From positions 1,184,001 to 1,248,000 of the forward strand of contig CM000435.1 of NCBI GenBank assembly GCA_000165345.1: a DNA stretch of 64,000 nucleotides. Direction: 5' to 3'. The translations under genes and the position numbers were made by a program. Under the pieces are notes generated by a model that worked only from the letters and a program-made list of their open reading frames with translations, was not told the DNA's origin and did no database searches. Shown one piece after another: positions 19,926-30,883 of this stretch. Within the stretch, counting starts at the first letter, position 1; each line of letters opens with the position of its first letter.

Positions 19926-21617
19926 CTAGGATTTAACGGCTTTAGGGAATTCCTCATCTTTGATGAAGCTTACATTTAATTTCCTTCCAGCAAAGAACCT
20001 CCCGTGGAAAACCATCTTAGCTTTAGAGGCCTCCTCTGGACGAGAGTATTTTACCCACACATTTCCGTCCATCTTCTCCTTATCCAGAAAACATTCAAGT
20101 AGTGTTCCGTATTTTCCACATTCTTCCTCAACATCAGCTTGAATTTCCTCCAATATCTGTTCGATAGTTTCATCTTCCTCCATAGATTCTTTAATACTTT
20201 GTTCAGTGAACATATTACTAAGTAACAGGCAACGGAGATGTATTTCAGAGTTATTGAATTCAATGTTATTTGAAGAAGATTGTGAATACGCTTCTGTTAA
20301 GACTGGAAGATTTTGATTAGTGTTAGATAACTGATTAAGAGAAGGTATAGAGGAAGAGGGAGAAGGCAATGAGGTGTTTAATATAGTGGATGAAGAAGTA
20401 TCATTAGAGGTTTCTTGGATGGGAGGAGGATTATCAATCTGAGATTGAGCCCTTGCTAATAGCTTTTTTGTCAGAAAGTTTCTTGAGTCTGCACCAAGGA
20501 GTACTGCCTCTTCTGATTCATCTAATTTATCAAGTTCAGATACTCTTTCCAAATTATGAGCTGAGGAATTCCCCTTAGAAGGTTCATTTTGAGAATTGGA
20601 TACTGCAGAAGGAGACAAATAACTATTAAAGGTGGAGGAGGCCAAACAATTGGAAACTTTAATACTGGAATTGCATTCTTGAGATATTGTAACAGTAATC
20701 TTTTGTCCAGCAATTTCAAAGTTATTTAGAGCTTTGATGGCATCGTGGCCTTCAATAGCCTTTTCAAACAAAATATGAGCAAATCCAAGACATCTTTGAG
20801 TCTTTTTGTCAATTTCAATATCAATTTTGTTAACTTTACCAAATGTTGAAAACAAGCTTTCGATTTCATCTCGTCTTATTCTTGCCAATAAACCAACCAA
20901 TCCATCAACTCTAAGCAGAAGAGGTGTAGTTTCAGCCTTAATTTCTTCCAATTTAGCGAGCTTGGCAGCTCTGTTCTTTTCAGCTTGGGATGCCTGAACC
21001 GTGATAGGTGTATTCATAATCTTTTGGCCGCTAAGTTTGAGAGCCTTAAGCACTGACTCCACAGAATAAAACTCTACATAACAAACTCCTTTAGACCTTC
21101 CTGTGCGATGGTCCCGGATAATACGTATATCTCGTACATTTCCAGCATAAGTTGTAAAGAACTCATAAACTTCAAACTCACGTGCATCCAAGTTTAAATT
21201 CATGACTAAAACAGTCAAGTCATCCCTACTAGAATATTCTAAATCTTTTTTGACCTTGTCCAGCTTGGAATCCAGATTCTTTTCAAAATTTGGATTTGGA
21301 TATCTCCTACTACTATTAGAGGAGATTCTATCTGGTGATATAGAATTTGATCTTGAATATTCTATTCCTTTGGATATTTGATTTCTATTCCTATATCTTT
21401 CAGGGGATCTAGAACTATCTTTCCTAAAGTATTGATCTTTTCTTCTAAATTTATATGGGTATTCATTTCTATAAGGTTTATATGAGTTAGAATGTCCAGT
21501 TACATCGCTTTCTCTTCCATAGAAGTCTTTTTTCCTATAGTCGTAATTCCTTTTGCTTGATTCCCTGGAGTAGTCTCTTGGAAAATCTGATTTAAGCCTA
21601 TTATTGTAATCGTCCAT
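19926..21617 (-). CDS. RBM39/CAPER (CC1-like) splicing factor: RS/RY-rich N-terminus, two RRMs and a C-terminal UHM
   Basis: N-terminal RD/RS/RY repeats. RRM1 LTVLVMNLNLDAREFEVYEFF…KGVCYVEF. RRM2 LLLRVDGL…LGFAHILFE. C-terminal UHM RCLLLSNMF…GNVWVKYSRPEEASKAKMVFHGRFFAGRKL. Confidence 0.7.
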   Translation of the reverse strand: MDDYNNRLKSDFPRDYSRESSKRNYDYRKKDFYGRESDVTGHSNSYKPYRNEYPYKFRRKDQYFRKDSSRSPERYRNRNQISKGIEYSRSNSISPDRISSNSSRRYPNPNFEKNLDSKLDKVKKDLEYSSRDDLTVLVMNLNLDAREFEVYEFFTTYAGNVRDIRIIRDHRTGRSKGVCYVEFYSVESVLKALKLSGQKIMNTPITVQASQAEKNRAAKLAKLEEIKAETTPLLLRVDGLVGLLARIRRDEIESLFSTFGKVNKIDIEIDKKTQRCLGFAHILFEKAIEGHDAIKALNNFEIAGQKITVTISQECNSSIKVSNCLASSTFNSYLSPSAVSNSQNEPSKGNSSAHNLERVSELDKLDESEEAVLLGADSRNFLTKKLLARAQSQIDNPPPIQETSNDTSSSTILNTSLPSPSSSIPSLNQLSNTNQNLPVLTEAYSQSSSNNIEFNNSEIHLRCLLLSNMFTEQSIKESMEEDETIEQILEEIQADVEEECGKYGTLLECFLDKEKMDGNVWVKYSRPEEASKAKMVFHGRFFAGRKLNVSFIKDEEFPKAVKS

Positions 21618-21908
21618 TAGAGAAATTCTTTCTTACCCCACAAAGAATACCTAAAATCTATTCAAGGAATTCATTCAGGAAAATTAATTTCTAACCGAGA
21701 TTTTTCCTTTAGATATTTATAAATCAACTTTACCTAGTTTTTCCTCGATCGGTTGGAATTCTGTCAAAAGTATACGTGAAAACCGGATGAATCAAATCCC
21801 AAGTTCTTCAATACAATCAAAATTCGTTCTTATCCGTGTAAATTATTACTCTGATATTAATTCATTCACTAATGTTATTTTGTCCATAAGTAAATAATTA
21901 TAACAAAA

Positions 21909-21924
21909 GCCCGCCTAGGCGGGC
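21909..21924. promoter_or_regulatory. Perfect 16-bp palindrome GCCCGCCTAGGCGGGC: two head-to-head GGCGGG half-sites
   Basis: Located 290 bp upstream of the RBM39-like start (21617). Confidence 0.55.
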
Positions 21925-22033
21925 TCTTAAAGGCATGATTATGTAAGAGAGCTTACAAGCACAAAGAAAGAAGTCAAAGAACAACTCAAGAAATAGAACA
22001 AACTACTGAACAATTAGTATAGGGCCAGAATTT

Positions 22034-22534
22034 TTATGCTATACTGGACTTATCACTACCTGCATCATTCTTACTATTATTTTCTAATATAAGGGTAACT
22101 GGTCCATCATTGACAAGACTGACTTCCATTTCTTCTCCAAAGCAGCCAGTTTTGATTTTCTCTGGATCATGCGATTTTTTGAACTTTTCTACCATATTGT
22201 TAAAAATAACCAACGCATCTTTTCCGCTCATAGCATTATGGAAGTCGGGTTTCGATCCATTCTTTACATTGCCAAATAGAGTAAACTGTGAAACAACCAA
22301 GACTTCAAGATCCTTGTCTTTAACACTAAGTTTCCAAGGTTTGCTTGAAGTTGGATCTGATTCATCTGGCCAGAGTCGGATGCTTAGACATTTTCTAACC
22401 AAATAGTCAGAGTTTGAGTCAACATCATCTGTTCTTATTCCGACAAGTAGTAATAGTCCTGGCCCAATACTGCTAACAATTTGGCCATCAACCTTAACGG
22501 AGGCACCTTTAACTTTTTGTAAAACGACTTTCAT
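22034..22534 (-). CDS. DTD1: D-aminoacyl-tRNA deacylase
   Basis: MKVVLQKVKGASVKVDGQIVSSIGPGLLLLVGI…SQFTLFGN…NDGPVTLILE carries the DTD signature SQFTL and NDGPVT motifs. Confidence 0.8.
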   Translation of the reverse strand: MKVVLQKVKGASVKVDGQIVSSIGPGLLLLVGIRTDDVDSNSDYLVRKCLSIRLWPDESDPTSSKPWKLSVKDKDLEVLVVSQFTLFGNVKNGSKPDFHNAMSGKDALVIFNNMVEKFKKSHDPEKIKTGCFGEEMEVSLVNDGPVTLILENNSKNDAGSDKSSIA

Positions 22535-22873
22535 CCTTAAAGGAGAAAATTTTAAGTCTATTAATATTAATTATGTTATTTGCCCCTCTTAATACATTAC
22601 GTGTCTATCTGTCAAATCATAATTATTATCTAGAAAAATGATTCGTCAAGAATTTATTAAAAATATCTAATTTCTGAATTTAACCAATATATTGTTGCAA
22701 TCTTTGCAACTCAATAAGATAGTGATATCATCTCGTCTTATTTATATTTATAAATTTATCTCTAACTCCCACCATACTAATTAAAATCTAAATGTGTCCT
22801 TTATTACATAGATACAGTTTATTAAATTTGTATAATTGGCAAATTCACAAACAAATTCAACTAATTAGTCGAA

Positions 22874-24097
22874 TTAATGTTTAGGGAAGAAAAATCTTGA
22901 AACTTCATCCCAAGAAAAAGCCAGTAACAGTATCCCATTGAATCTAAACTGGGAGGTTTTGGAGTTGTGATGCCTCATCATCCTAGAAACACGTAAAAAA
23001 TCTCTAATATCAGCAATACCTTCTTCATCTCTCAGAATATCCTTGTATACTTTTAATCCAGAATTTTGAATACGTTCAGTATGATCATTCGAAATTGGAA
23101 CTATTTGAATAGAGAATAAAAGGCAGATTTTGAACATAAAGTGGTCGATATTTAGAGTATTCTCAGTAGCAGATAATGATGAATGCTGAGATAGTTCAAC
23201 AATTGAAGAATGCTCAGAAGTTTTAGCATCACAAATATTGTCTAAAGCAGGAGAATCTGCTATTATAACTCCAATTTCAGAATATAAGATACACTCTAAG
23301 TCGTTGACTTTGTTCCCAAAGAAAATTGATTTAATATAAATATCGTACTTAGAAATAGCATTCATACTTATTGATGCAATTACATAGTGTATTTTGTCTC
23401 TCATTCTTTTATTGTACTGTTTATTGATTTCCTTTACAGATTGTCTAAATGCTCTATACTTACAAGAAGGACCATAAAGTGAATTGGGAGCAGTTTCAAC
23501 GGTATCACAACTTTCAGATTTATACTCAAATTCGCTTGCAGAGATTTCAAGCTCACATTTGCCTTCATTATCAGACAGGATACCTTCAACAGTATCTTTA
23601 ATTCGCTTAGAACCCTTTGAGGTTGAAACTATTATAAATCTGTTTGTAAACTCACAAAGTGATTTTAATGTTTCAAATGCCCCTTCTCTAAATTCCCAAC
23701 CTTCTTTAAATTCAACAGATGATCCATCAACTATATCAGAATTTAAAAACTGCAATATCTTCATTTCCTTTTCTATTTTAAAGTTATATATATATTCAAA
23801 CTCTGAAATTGCCAAGAATATCTTTGCTATGGCATTTCCATCAAACTTTTCCAGTGGAGTCTCTGGTAACCACTCATTACACCATAAAAGTCGATCGTTT
23901 ATGTGTGTGTTTAGTATTTTTTCTGCCTCTTGTTCTAATAACAACATATCACATGCTTGTGGTTTATTTGAATAATACTTCTTACATGCTTGTAAAATCA
24001 CAGTTTCGAAAGTGTTATATTTTGTAATTGTTCCATCATAATTGGCTCCCACTGTTCCAATTAATAGCTTCTTATTTTTTCTGTTCTTCTTAAACAT
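22874..24097 (-). CDS. Hypothetical protein
   Basis: 407-codon ORF with an ATG start. Two E2F-type boxes upstream (24332 GGCGCC, 24395 GGCGGG). Confidence 0.5.
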   Translation of the reverse strand: MFKKNRKNKKLLIGTVGANYDGTITKYNTFETVILQACKKYYSNKPQACDMLLLEQEAEKILNTHINDRLLWCNEWLPETPLEKFDGNAIAKIFLAISEFEYIYNFKIEKEMKILQFLNSDIVDGSSVEFKEGWEFREGAFETLKSLCEFTNRFIIVSTSKGSKRIKDTVEGILSDNEGKCELEISASEFEYKSESCDTVETAPNSLYGPSCKYRAFRQSVKEINKQYNKRMRDKIHYVIASISMNAISKYDIYIKSIFFGNKVNDLECILYSEIGVIIADSPALDNICDAKTSEHSSIVELSQHSSLSATENTLNIDHFMFKICLLFSIQIVPISNDHTERIQNSGLKVYKDILRDEEGIADIRDFLRVSRMMRHHNSKTSQFRFNGILLLAFSWDEVSRFFFPKH

Positions 24098-24517
24098 TCT
24101 ATAAATACCATATATATATTACGTTATTAAGATTTTTCTTAAGAAATTAATAGTAATTCGCCGCATACCTTGCTTCAGACTATGAGAAACAAATGTAAAA
24201 ACTTAATCCTATCAATAAAATCTTACTAGAATAAGCCCCACTCAGGCCATAATACGATCTCTAATCCTACTAAGTTCGACTTAAATATTTTTCCTCATAT
24301 CTGGGTTTAATTATTGAATGCGCTTGTATTCGGCGCCATATCCGTTATTTTTCTTGTTATCAACTTTGCATGCATTTAAATATTGTAACAACAAGGCGGG
24401 AATTAAGATGAATTTAAAAATGGCAAGAAACGTATGCGAAGTTAGGGTAATAAAATCTAATGGAGAGAGCAGCAGAAATAAAAATATATAATTAGGAGAA
24501 ATGGAGTAATACTGGTT

Positions 24518-25819
24518 CTATTGTCTTCTGGCAATTAAGAGATAAAACTCAGATTGTGAAGAAAGTTCGTTAAATAATGAATCAGCAAGCTGTTGGCTTT
24601 GGCCATATAAAGGATTTCTAGTGTAATCTTCAGGGGATTGAATTTCTTGGCAAGCAAGTCCTGTGCTTTCAAGAGCTTGCTTAAACTTTGAAGCACATAA
24701 TCGATCATGCCTATGCACATAATAAAATGTTCCTTGAATAGCTAGAAGCCCTGATATAACTTGGGATAGTTGAATCTCCATATCAGAATTGTATACAAGA
24801 TCTGAGCCAAGAATAATATCAAAAGATCCCATAATTTCCGGATTTTCAGGGTCTAAGCTTCTAAAGCTTTCTTGATCAAACCAATTTAAGTACTTTGCTT
24901 GAATAAAATTTTGATGACTGCCAAGAAGTGAGGAGTTTAATTTAATGTTAATACCAGCATTTTCCAATGATAGTCTTGAAACATCTGTTAGAAAAAGCTT
25001 GGCTGGTTGACTATCAAAAAAGTATCTGGAGTAAATGGCAGCTGCCAAACTCATTAAACCACAACCACAACCTAATTCAATGACGCGTTTTCCTGCAAAT
25101 ATATTTTCATTTCTGACCAAATTAGCTATCCAATAGGAAGCTACAATTGAACTAGACCATAAGTGTACTCCTGTAGTATCATTTTGAGGATTCTGATCAA
25201 ACACTTCCTTAACTCCCATTAAAGCTAACTCCCTGCATTTTATTATAGGTCTCGCTCCAAGTTTATCAACATCATCGCTAGTAAAAGTAAGGTTATGAAT
25301 AACTTCTTGAGAAATCGTTACGTTGGAATCGCTATTTAATTCGCCATGATCTTCATCAAATTTGACGGATCCTGAATGTTCTTGTTCTAACTTATCTGCA
25401 GAAGGGTGTTCTAAAGCTAATTTTAAAATATCCTCGTCATTCATATTAAATACCTCAGTAAGCACACTCTTATTCAAAGAATTTTTTAATAAAACATCTG
25501 CTCCTCCTTCTTCTACTTTTCTCCTGTCACTCAATAACTTGATTATAACTTCTTTCTTCTTATTTGTCGTAGCCCAATGTAATGGTGAATTCCCATTATT
25601 ATTTTGCTTATTAATCGATGCTCCTCTATTCAAAAGTTCGCATACTACATCTAGATGCCCATTTGCGCTTGATTTATGTAAGGCAGTATTTCCATTATCA
25701 TCCTGATAATCTATATCAATCTTATAATTATCTAGTATATATTTCATATCATCCAACTCCCCGTATCTTGCACACTCAGTCATCTCGTCACTAATTTCCT
25801 TAACTGTTAGACCTTCCAT
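24518..25819 (-). CDS. Ankyrin-repeat / class-I SAM-dependent protein-lysine methyltransferase fusion (Methyltransf_16/FAM86-Nnt1-like)
   Basis: N-terminal ankyrin repeats (DDNGNTALHKSSANGHLDVVCELLNRGASIN…GNSPLHWA). C-terminal motif I VIELGCGCGLMSLAAA, post-I FLTD, motif II FDIILGSDLVY. Confidence 0.6.
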   Translation of the reverse strand: MEGLTVKEISDEMTECARYGELDDMKYILDNYKIDIDYQDDNGNTALHKSSANGHLDVVCELLNRGASINKQNNNGNSPLHWATTNKKKEVIIKLLSDRRKVEEGGADVLLKNSLNKSVLTEVFNMNDEDILKLALEHPSADKLEQEHSGSVKFDEDHGELNSDSNVTISQEVIHNLTFTSDDVDKLGARPIIKCRELALMGVKEVFDQNPQNDTTGVHLWSSSIVASYWIANLVRNENIFAGKRVIELGCGCGLMSLAAAIYSRYFFDSQPAKLFLTDVSRLSLENAGINIKLNSSLLGSHQNFIQAKYLNWFDQESFRSLDPENPEIMGSFDIILGSDLVYNSDMEIQLSQVISGLLAIQGTFYYVHRHDRLCASKFKQALESTGLACQEIQSPEDYTRNPLYGQSQQLADSLFNELSSQSEFYLLIARRQ

Positions 25820-25924
25820 TCTTATATCTACTACTTCTGAGCAATATGTGTACTCTTCTGCCTATTTTTTTTTCTATTTTCTTAAACAGTTTACTACTCA
25901 AATGGTCAGTTATAACCCCGAAAA

Positions 25925-25944
25925 GGCGCCACATATGAGGCGCC
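25925..25944. promoter_or_regulatory. Paired GGCGCC boxes flanking CATATG (GGCGCCACATATGAGGCGCC)
   Basis: About 105 bp upstream of the ankyrin-methyltransferase ATG (25819). An additional TTTGGCGGTAACC at 26131-26143. Confidence 0.55.
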
Positions 25945-26579
25945 TCTAAATTTTTGATCAGGATTTGAAAAAAGTAGGGTAGCAAATTGGAATCTAATTT
26001 TTAAATTTTTAGGAAAAATAGAATTAATAAAAAGCTTCCTACCAAGTTTGAAACTTTAGCAAGTATTTAGGTAGTGCACTTAGTTATCTAAATATTAAAT
26101 AATTCCTTATTTACAATTTAAAATAACAGTTTTGGCGGTAACCAATCAGCATTATAGCTTTTTAATTCAGTTTAAAAACTAGTGAGGAATTGAATAGAAA
26201 AATAAATTCAATACAAATTAATAAAGACAATAGAGTATTTTGATCTATTATTTTTTATCAAAGATGTTGTATAGCCTATCAAGTCCATTATTTAGACAAT
26301 ATTTAAGTGTTGTAAAGTAAGTTGAGTTTGATTCACTGCTAAATTTGAGCTGTTGAGAAATTAAAATTTTCATCAACTATTCGTAACTTTTTTACTCTTA
26401 TAAATTAACTAGAAAATCAAACAAGCAGTTACAGACAGGAGGAGCTGTAAGTAACTCAAAAGCTGTCTCTGAAAGAGCTCAAGTTTATCCTTCTAGTACA
26501 GGAATATAATATGAACATTAATTCTTAGTTTAATTTCAAATTATTCTTAATACCTTATTTCGATTATTCTGATTATCTT

Positions 26580-28247
26580 TCATAACACATTAAGAGGGTC
26601 TTCATCATCTTCGCTTTCATATATTTGTTGTTTCTGTTTAATATAATTTGGAGCGTTCATATTGGAGCTAGACTTAATCAACTTAGTGTCTATTGGATCA
26701 TTTCTGGGATTCTGATTAGAGTTTGCACCGTGAATACTAAAAATATGCGCAAATTGAGACCAGGATGGCCTTCTAGAAACGGAATTTGACTCAAATTGAA
26801 TATTTTTCAGTGACTCAATTTTCTCATTTAGGCATTCTTTTGATGATAAATCCTTATTTTTTTTGTTTTCAGTTGTCCCCATTCCTTTTGAATTACTTTT
26901 ATATAGAGAACTCTGTGCCTTATTAAGATATTTCTTTGTTAATAAATTCAGGTTAAAAATACGACCAGAAGTGGATACTGACATTCCTTTAAGTTTTGAT
27001 GAAATTGCATCCAGAGCTTTGTTTGTATTTGCATCTAAATTATACAATTTTTCACTAAATTCTTGATCAAACTCATTATCTATTTCTTCACTATCATATT
27101 CATCTGATTCTTGAAATTCTGATAATGAAAATGTATCCTCTTTCTGATAGCTGCTCAAATTATTTGAGATATCTATAAAACCCATAGAATATTCTTCAAT
27201 AGGTAAATCCCTTTTCAGAATTTTATTATCTGTTAATATCAAAGTATTTTGCACTATATTATGTGAATTTTCATAGTATTGATTCGTATCAATATTGCTT
27301 GAAATTAAAGAATCTTTTTTAGATTCATTAAATTGATATAAGGAATAAACTGATCTTACAAATTCATTCATTGTTGTTTCCTGAAAAAACCCACCGTTTG
27401 AATTTGAGCTTTTAAACAGGCTTGACAATGAAGAATCCTTCAAATTTTGTACATATTTATTTACTTCATTCCAAGTAATACAATTTGGTCTATATCCAAA
27501 ATTACAAATTAGTTTAATAGAAAAGTCATCAAAAATTCCTATCAGACTTTTTACTGTATGTTCTTGAATCAATTCTTTGCTTCTTTTTCTTGTAAATGAA
27601 CTCTTCTTTCTTGAAGAAAAAGTTCCTTCTAATTTATTTGGAATATATTGCCCTTGAGATCCATGAATCCACTCATGGGCTCCTGTTATTAGTGCTTTAA
27701 TAAACCTATTTGTTGAAAATGGATGGTCCATAATTTGGCATAATGAAAAATAAAAAGATATTCCAAGTCTTAATAGCACCAACTCAACTCCTTGCATTAC
27801 TGCTGGTCTCTTTTTTAAAGATGATCCAAAACAGGCTAATGCATTTAAAAGATTGAATAGTGCTTCGTTCTTACATCCAAATGGAGTTAATAAAGGGAAT
27901 TTCCTACTTTTGAGAAATTCCTCGAACCACTCCTCTTCAAAATCTTTTAATTTATGCACGTGGCAAATTGTTAATAGTAAGACTGAATATAATGTTGGAA
28001 TGCATAATCCATATTTTGCATCTTCTACCATATTATCAGGCTTTACTGAAAATTCATTAAATAACTCAGTTACAACTAATTCTATTAAACCCCTTTTATT
28101 TGCAGGAAATGCAGAACTTATTGAATGCAATACTGAAGGCCTTACTGAAAAATAATTACTTTCTCCCACTCTTTCCGAACTCAGATCTATGTTTGGAAAT
28201 TTATGACCCAGTTCACCAAATTCATTGCTTCCTTTTGAGTTATACAT
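26580..28247 (-). CDS. Hypothetical protein
   Basis: 555-codon ORF with an ATG start. No recognisable domain. Confidence 0.5.
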   Translation of the reverse strand: MYNSKGSNEFGELGHKFPNIDLSSERVGESNYFSVRPSVLHSISSAFPANKRGLIELVVTELFNEFSVKPDNMVEDAKYGLCIPTLYSVLLLTICHVHKLKDFEEEWFEEFLKSRKFPLLTPFGCKNEALFNLLNALACFGSSLKKRPAVMQGVELVLLRLGISFYFSLCQIMDHPFSTNRFIKALITGAHEWIHGSQGQYIPNKLEGTFSSRKKSSFTRKRSKELIQEHTVKSLIGIFDDFSIKLICNFGYRPNCITWNEVNKYVQNLKDSSLSSLFKSSNSNGGFFQETTMNEFVRSVYSLYQFNESKKDSLISSNIDTNQYYENSHNIVQNTLILTDNKILKRDLPIEEYSMGFIDISNNLSSYQKEDTFSLSEFQESDEYDSEEIDNEFDQEFSEKLYNLDANTNKALDAISSKLKGMSVSTSGRIFNLNLLTKKYLNKAQSSLYKSNSKGMGTTENKKNKDLSSKECLNEKIESLKNIQFESNSVSRRPSWSQFAHIFSIHGANSNQNPRNDPIDTKLIKSSSNMNAPNYIKQKQQIYESEDDEDPLNVL

Positions 28248-29199
28248 TATTTAAAAACTTTTTTTTTCAAAGATTGCTTCTATTATTAACAGTGACTGTT
28301 GTGAATATATAGATTTAACTTAATAGGTTGAAGCTTATTATTTACCTTTCCTATTCAAAAATTACGTTAAAATTCTTAAGCAATAATCCTTAGTAGTTTC
28401 AGACTCCTCTTTTCCCATTTCTAAACACAAGCTTTTGGGATTTCATTCACAAGGAATAATGGATTTCTAGTTATTCTTAAAGCTAAAACCAGGCTCTATT
28501 TTATCTGATAAATAATAAATACATTACAAAATAAAACAAAGTAATTCAGGTATAAAAGGTTGACTAGGTTAAAATTTTTTTTTCCTGTGACTTCACAAGT
28601 CTGACAGTTTCTTTAGACTTCTTTTTATTTGTGCTTGGTTTAATTAAAATGCATTATATGAAAATCAAGAAATTCTAATCCGCACCCTTAATTTGGCTTC
28701 TTAATAAATTCTTTCACATACTCATTATTCAAAATTTTAAAAGTTACATATAAGTTTTTCCTGTTCTTCCTTGAGTAATAGCAGTATTTTTATATTTGTT
28801 TTTTCCCACTATTTAATGCTTTTACATGCTCGTATTTTAATAAACTTTAAAAAAATTTTATCGTGGAAAAAAAAAATACTTTGCTTTTATATCCCGGGTA
28901 TATTTTTGTGTATTTTCTTTGTGAATATTTTGCCGGAATATTATTTATGTTTTTAGTACCGGCATTTTCATAATTGCATGCAAACAATTCCCAAAAAGTA
29001 ACAAATTTTTGATGATATTATTTGGCGGGGGGCTTAGCAAATTAATGTGGGAATTAAAGCTAAAAAAAAAAAAATAAAAATAATAGAAATAAAGAATTGG
29101 AATTTAAAGTGAAAGAAATTATAAGGAAACTTATTATATCATGTATTTCTATAATGTGTACTAAGCAAAGTTGACAAATTCTTGTATTTTCTCCCTTTT

Positions 29200-30207
29200 C
29201 TATTTGCCTTCTTCATCATCATCCTCAACATTGTCATTTTCATCGAATGGAATGTCCATATCTTCAACACGACCCATTGTTTCATCTTCCTCTTCATCTT
29301 CAGAATCAGAGTAATCAGACTCATTTTCAGATTCAGATGCACTATTGAGATCATTTTTCTCATCATCGCCTCCAACAACTTCAATTTCACCTTGTCTCTT
29401 AAAATCTCCTCCTTTATATTGAGTTATAACATTCTTAATAGTTTCCATCGCTTTTTCAATTGCTTCAACTCCTGCAGCCTTTCCATATGAAACTGCAGTA
29501 ACCAAATATTGAGGTGGAGCAATGAATTTGACTTGGATTTCAACATCGTCCTTGGTAACAGTTTCTTGTCCTGCAATGATTGCATGACGAACAGCATCGA
29601 TACCATCATAGCCACAGCAGCAAACATGGATTCTTGCTCTTAACTTTAACTGTTGTGGAGATAATCTAAACTTAATATCTTGAATGAGAGCTTCTTTAAC
29701 ACTTGCTGGCAAGTCAAATTCTCCGAGTACTGCTTCAGGATTAACAGCTGCCTCCTTGAGAGCATCCAATGCATGACCATACTTTCTATGTAAAGGCCAA
29801 ATCAATTTCTCACTAAGTTCTTCAACTGAAATACCCTCCTTTTGAGCAATATGGCGAACAGTCTGATAAACTTTCTTCATTTTAGAATATTTCTCCTCAC
29901 ATCTCTCAACATCTTCGGGATTTACTCTTCTTTTTGATAGATCAATATAGCCTTTATTCTTGTCTACCCTAAGTACAACAACAACTTCAAGTCTTCCAAC
30001 TCTGGTCAACTTATTAACACTACGAATACGTCTTTTAGATAGCTCTGACATCAAAATCATACCCTCAATATCATTATATTCCAAAAGACTAACAAAAGCT
30101 CCAACCTCTGTTATTCTTTTAACCCTAGCCATAACAAATTCTTCAGGTTCGGGAAACTTATTTTCGTAGAATCTACAATCCACCACATCTTGCTGCTTTG
30201 TCTCCAT
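29200..30207 (-). CDS. EIF2S1: Translation initiation factor eIF2 alpha subunit
   Basis: S1 domain plus the phosphorylation loop: GMILMSELSKRRIRSVNKL…GYIDLSKRRV aligns with human GMILLSELSRRRIRSINKL…GYIDLSKRRV. Acidic tail. The track start 30255 is TTG; the first ATG at 30207 gives METKQQ…CRFYENKFPE, matching the human N-terminus. Confidence 0.85.
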   Translation of the reverse strand: METKQQDVVDCRFYENKFPEPEEFVMARVKRITEVGAFVSLLEYNDIEGMILMSELSKRRIRSVNKLTRVGRLEVVVVLRVDKNKGYIDLSKRRVNPEDVERCEEKYSKMKKVYQTVRHIAQKEGISVEELSEKLIWPLHRKYGHALDALKEAAVNPEAVLGEFDLPASVKEALIQDIKFRLSPQQLKLRARIHVCCCGYDGIDAVRHAIIAGQETVTKDDVEIQVKFIAPPQYLVTAVSYGKAAGVEAIEKAMETIKNVITQYKGGDFKRQGEIEVVGGDDEKNDLNSASESENESDYSDSEDEEEDETMGRVEDMDIPFDENDNVEDDDEEGK

Positions 30208-30330
30208 TTTCAAATCACTCCAAGTATTAAGGATTCTTGTTGATAATAATGCCAATAAAATAAAAGGCTAGTTTATTTTGATCTCTTTTTATTTTCTGTT
30301 ATTAATAATAAATTAATTGACTCTGTCTTT

Positions 30331-30356
30331 GGCGCCAAATTAGCTTTAATACCGGT
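30331..30356. promoter_or_regulatory. GGCGCC box plus ATACCGGT element upstream of eIF2-alpha
   Basis: TTTGGCGCCAAATTAGCTTTAATACCGGT, 125-150 bp upstream of the eIF2-alpha ATG (30207). Confidence 0.5.
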
Positions 30357-30883
30357 TATTATTAAGAGAGAAAATTAAAAGCACAATTTGTGGGTTTAAT
30401 TTAGTTTTAAATGAAAAAATATCTATGTAGATTAGATCCAATTCAATTTGATTTTATTTCTAGTTTATACCCAGTATTAAATATTTAGGCCTTAGCTTAT
30501 TAGTAGAAGACATATTCAAAGTGTGAGGAATAGGTGGTTTATAATTCAGCCTTAGACTCTTTGATATATTCAAATTAAACAAATTGTAGACTTAATTAAT
30601 TAGTATTATGTATTCTAAAATATCTATTTAGAGTGGGATCTATTTTTCATTTGAAGAAAAAATAGTCCAATATTCACTATTCAGAAGTTGTTTATAATAA
30701 ATCTAATAGATGGAAACTAATAGCAATGGTAAATTAACTTAGAAATCAGCTGCATCTGAAATTCATAAAGATTATCATCCTTATTTGTGCTAGTATAAAA
30801 TCCGCAGTGATCAAGAAAAGCCAACATATTAGTTGGAAGAAAGCATGTAAAACCATGAATATTAAATAAGAATGCAATTCACT

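Noticed and set aside
25820-26579. Possible small spliced gene or ncRNA in the 760-bp spacer (GTAAGT at about 26440 after ATGTTGTATAGC…)
   Set aside because: No frame-consistent exon structure could be built, and no tRNA-like cloverleaf or snRNA Sm-site pattern was recognised by eye. Left unannotated.
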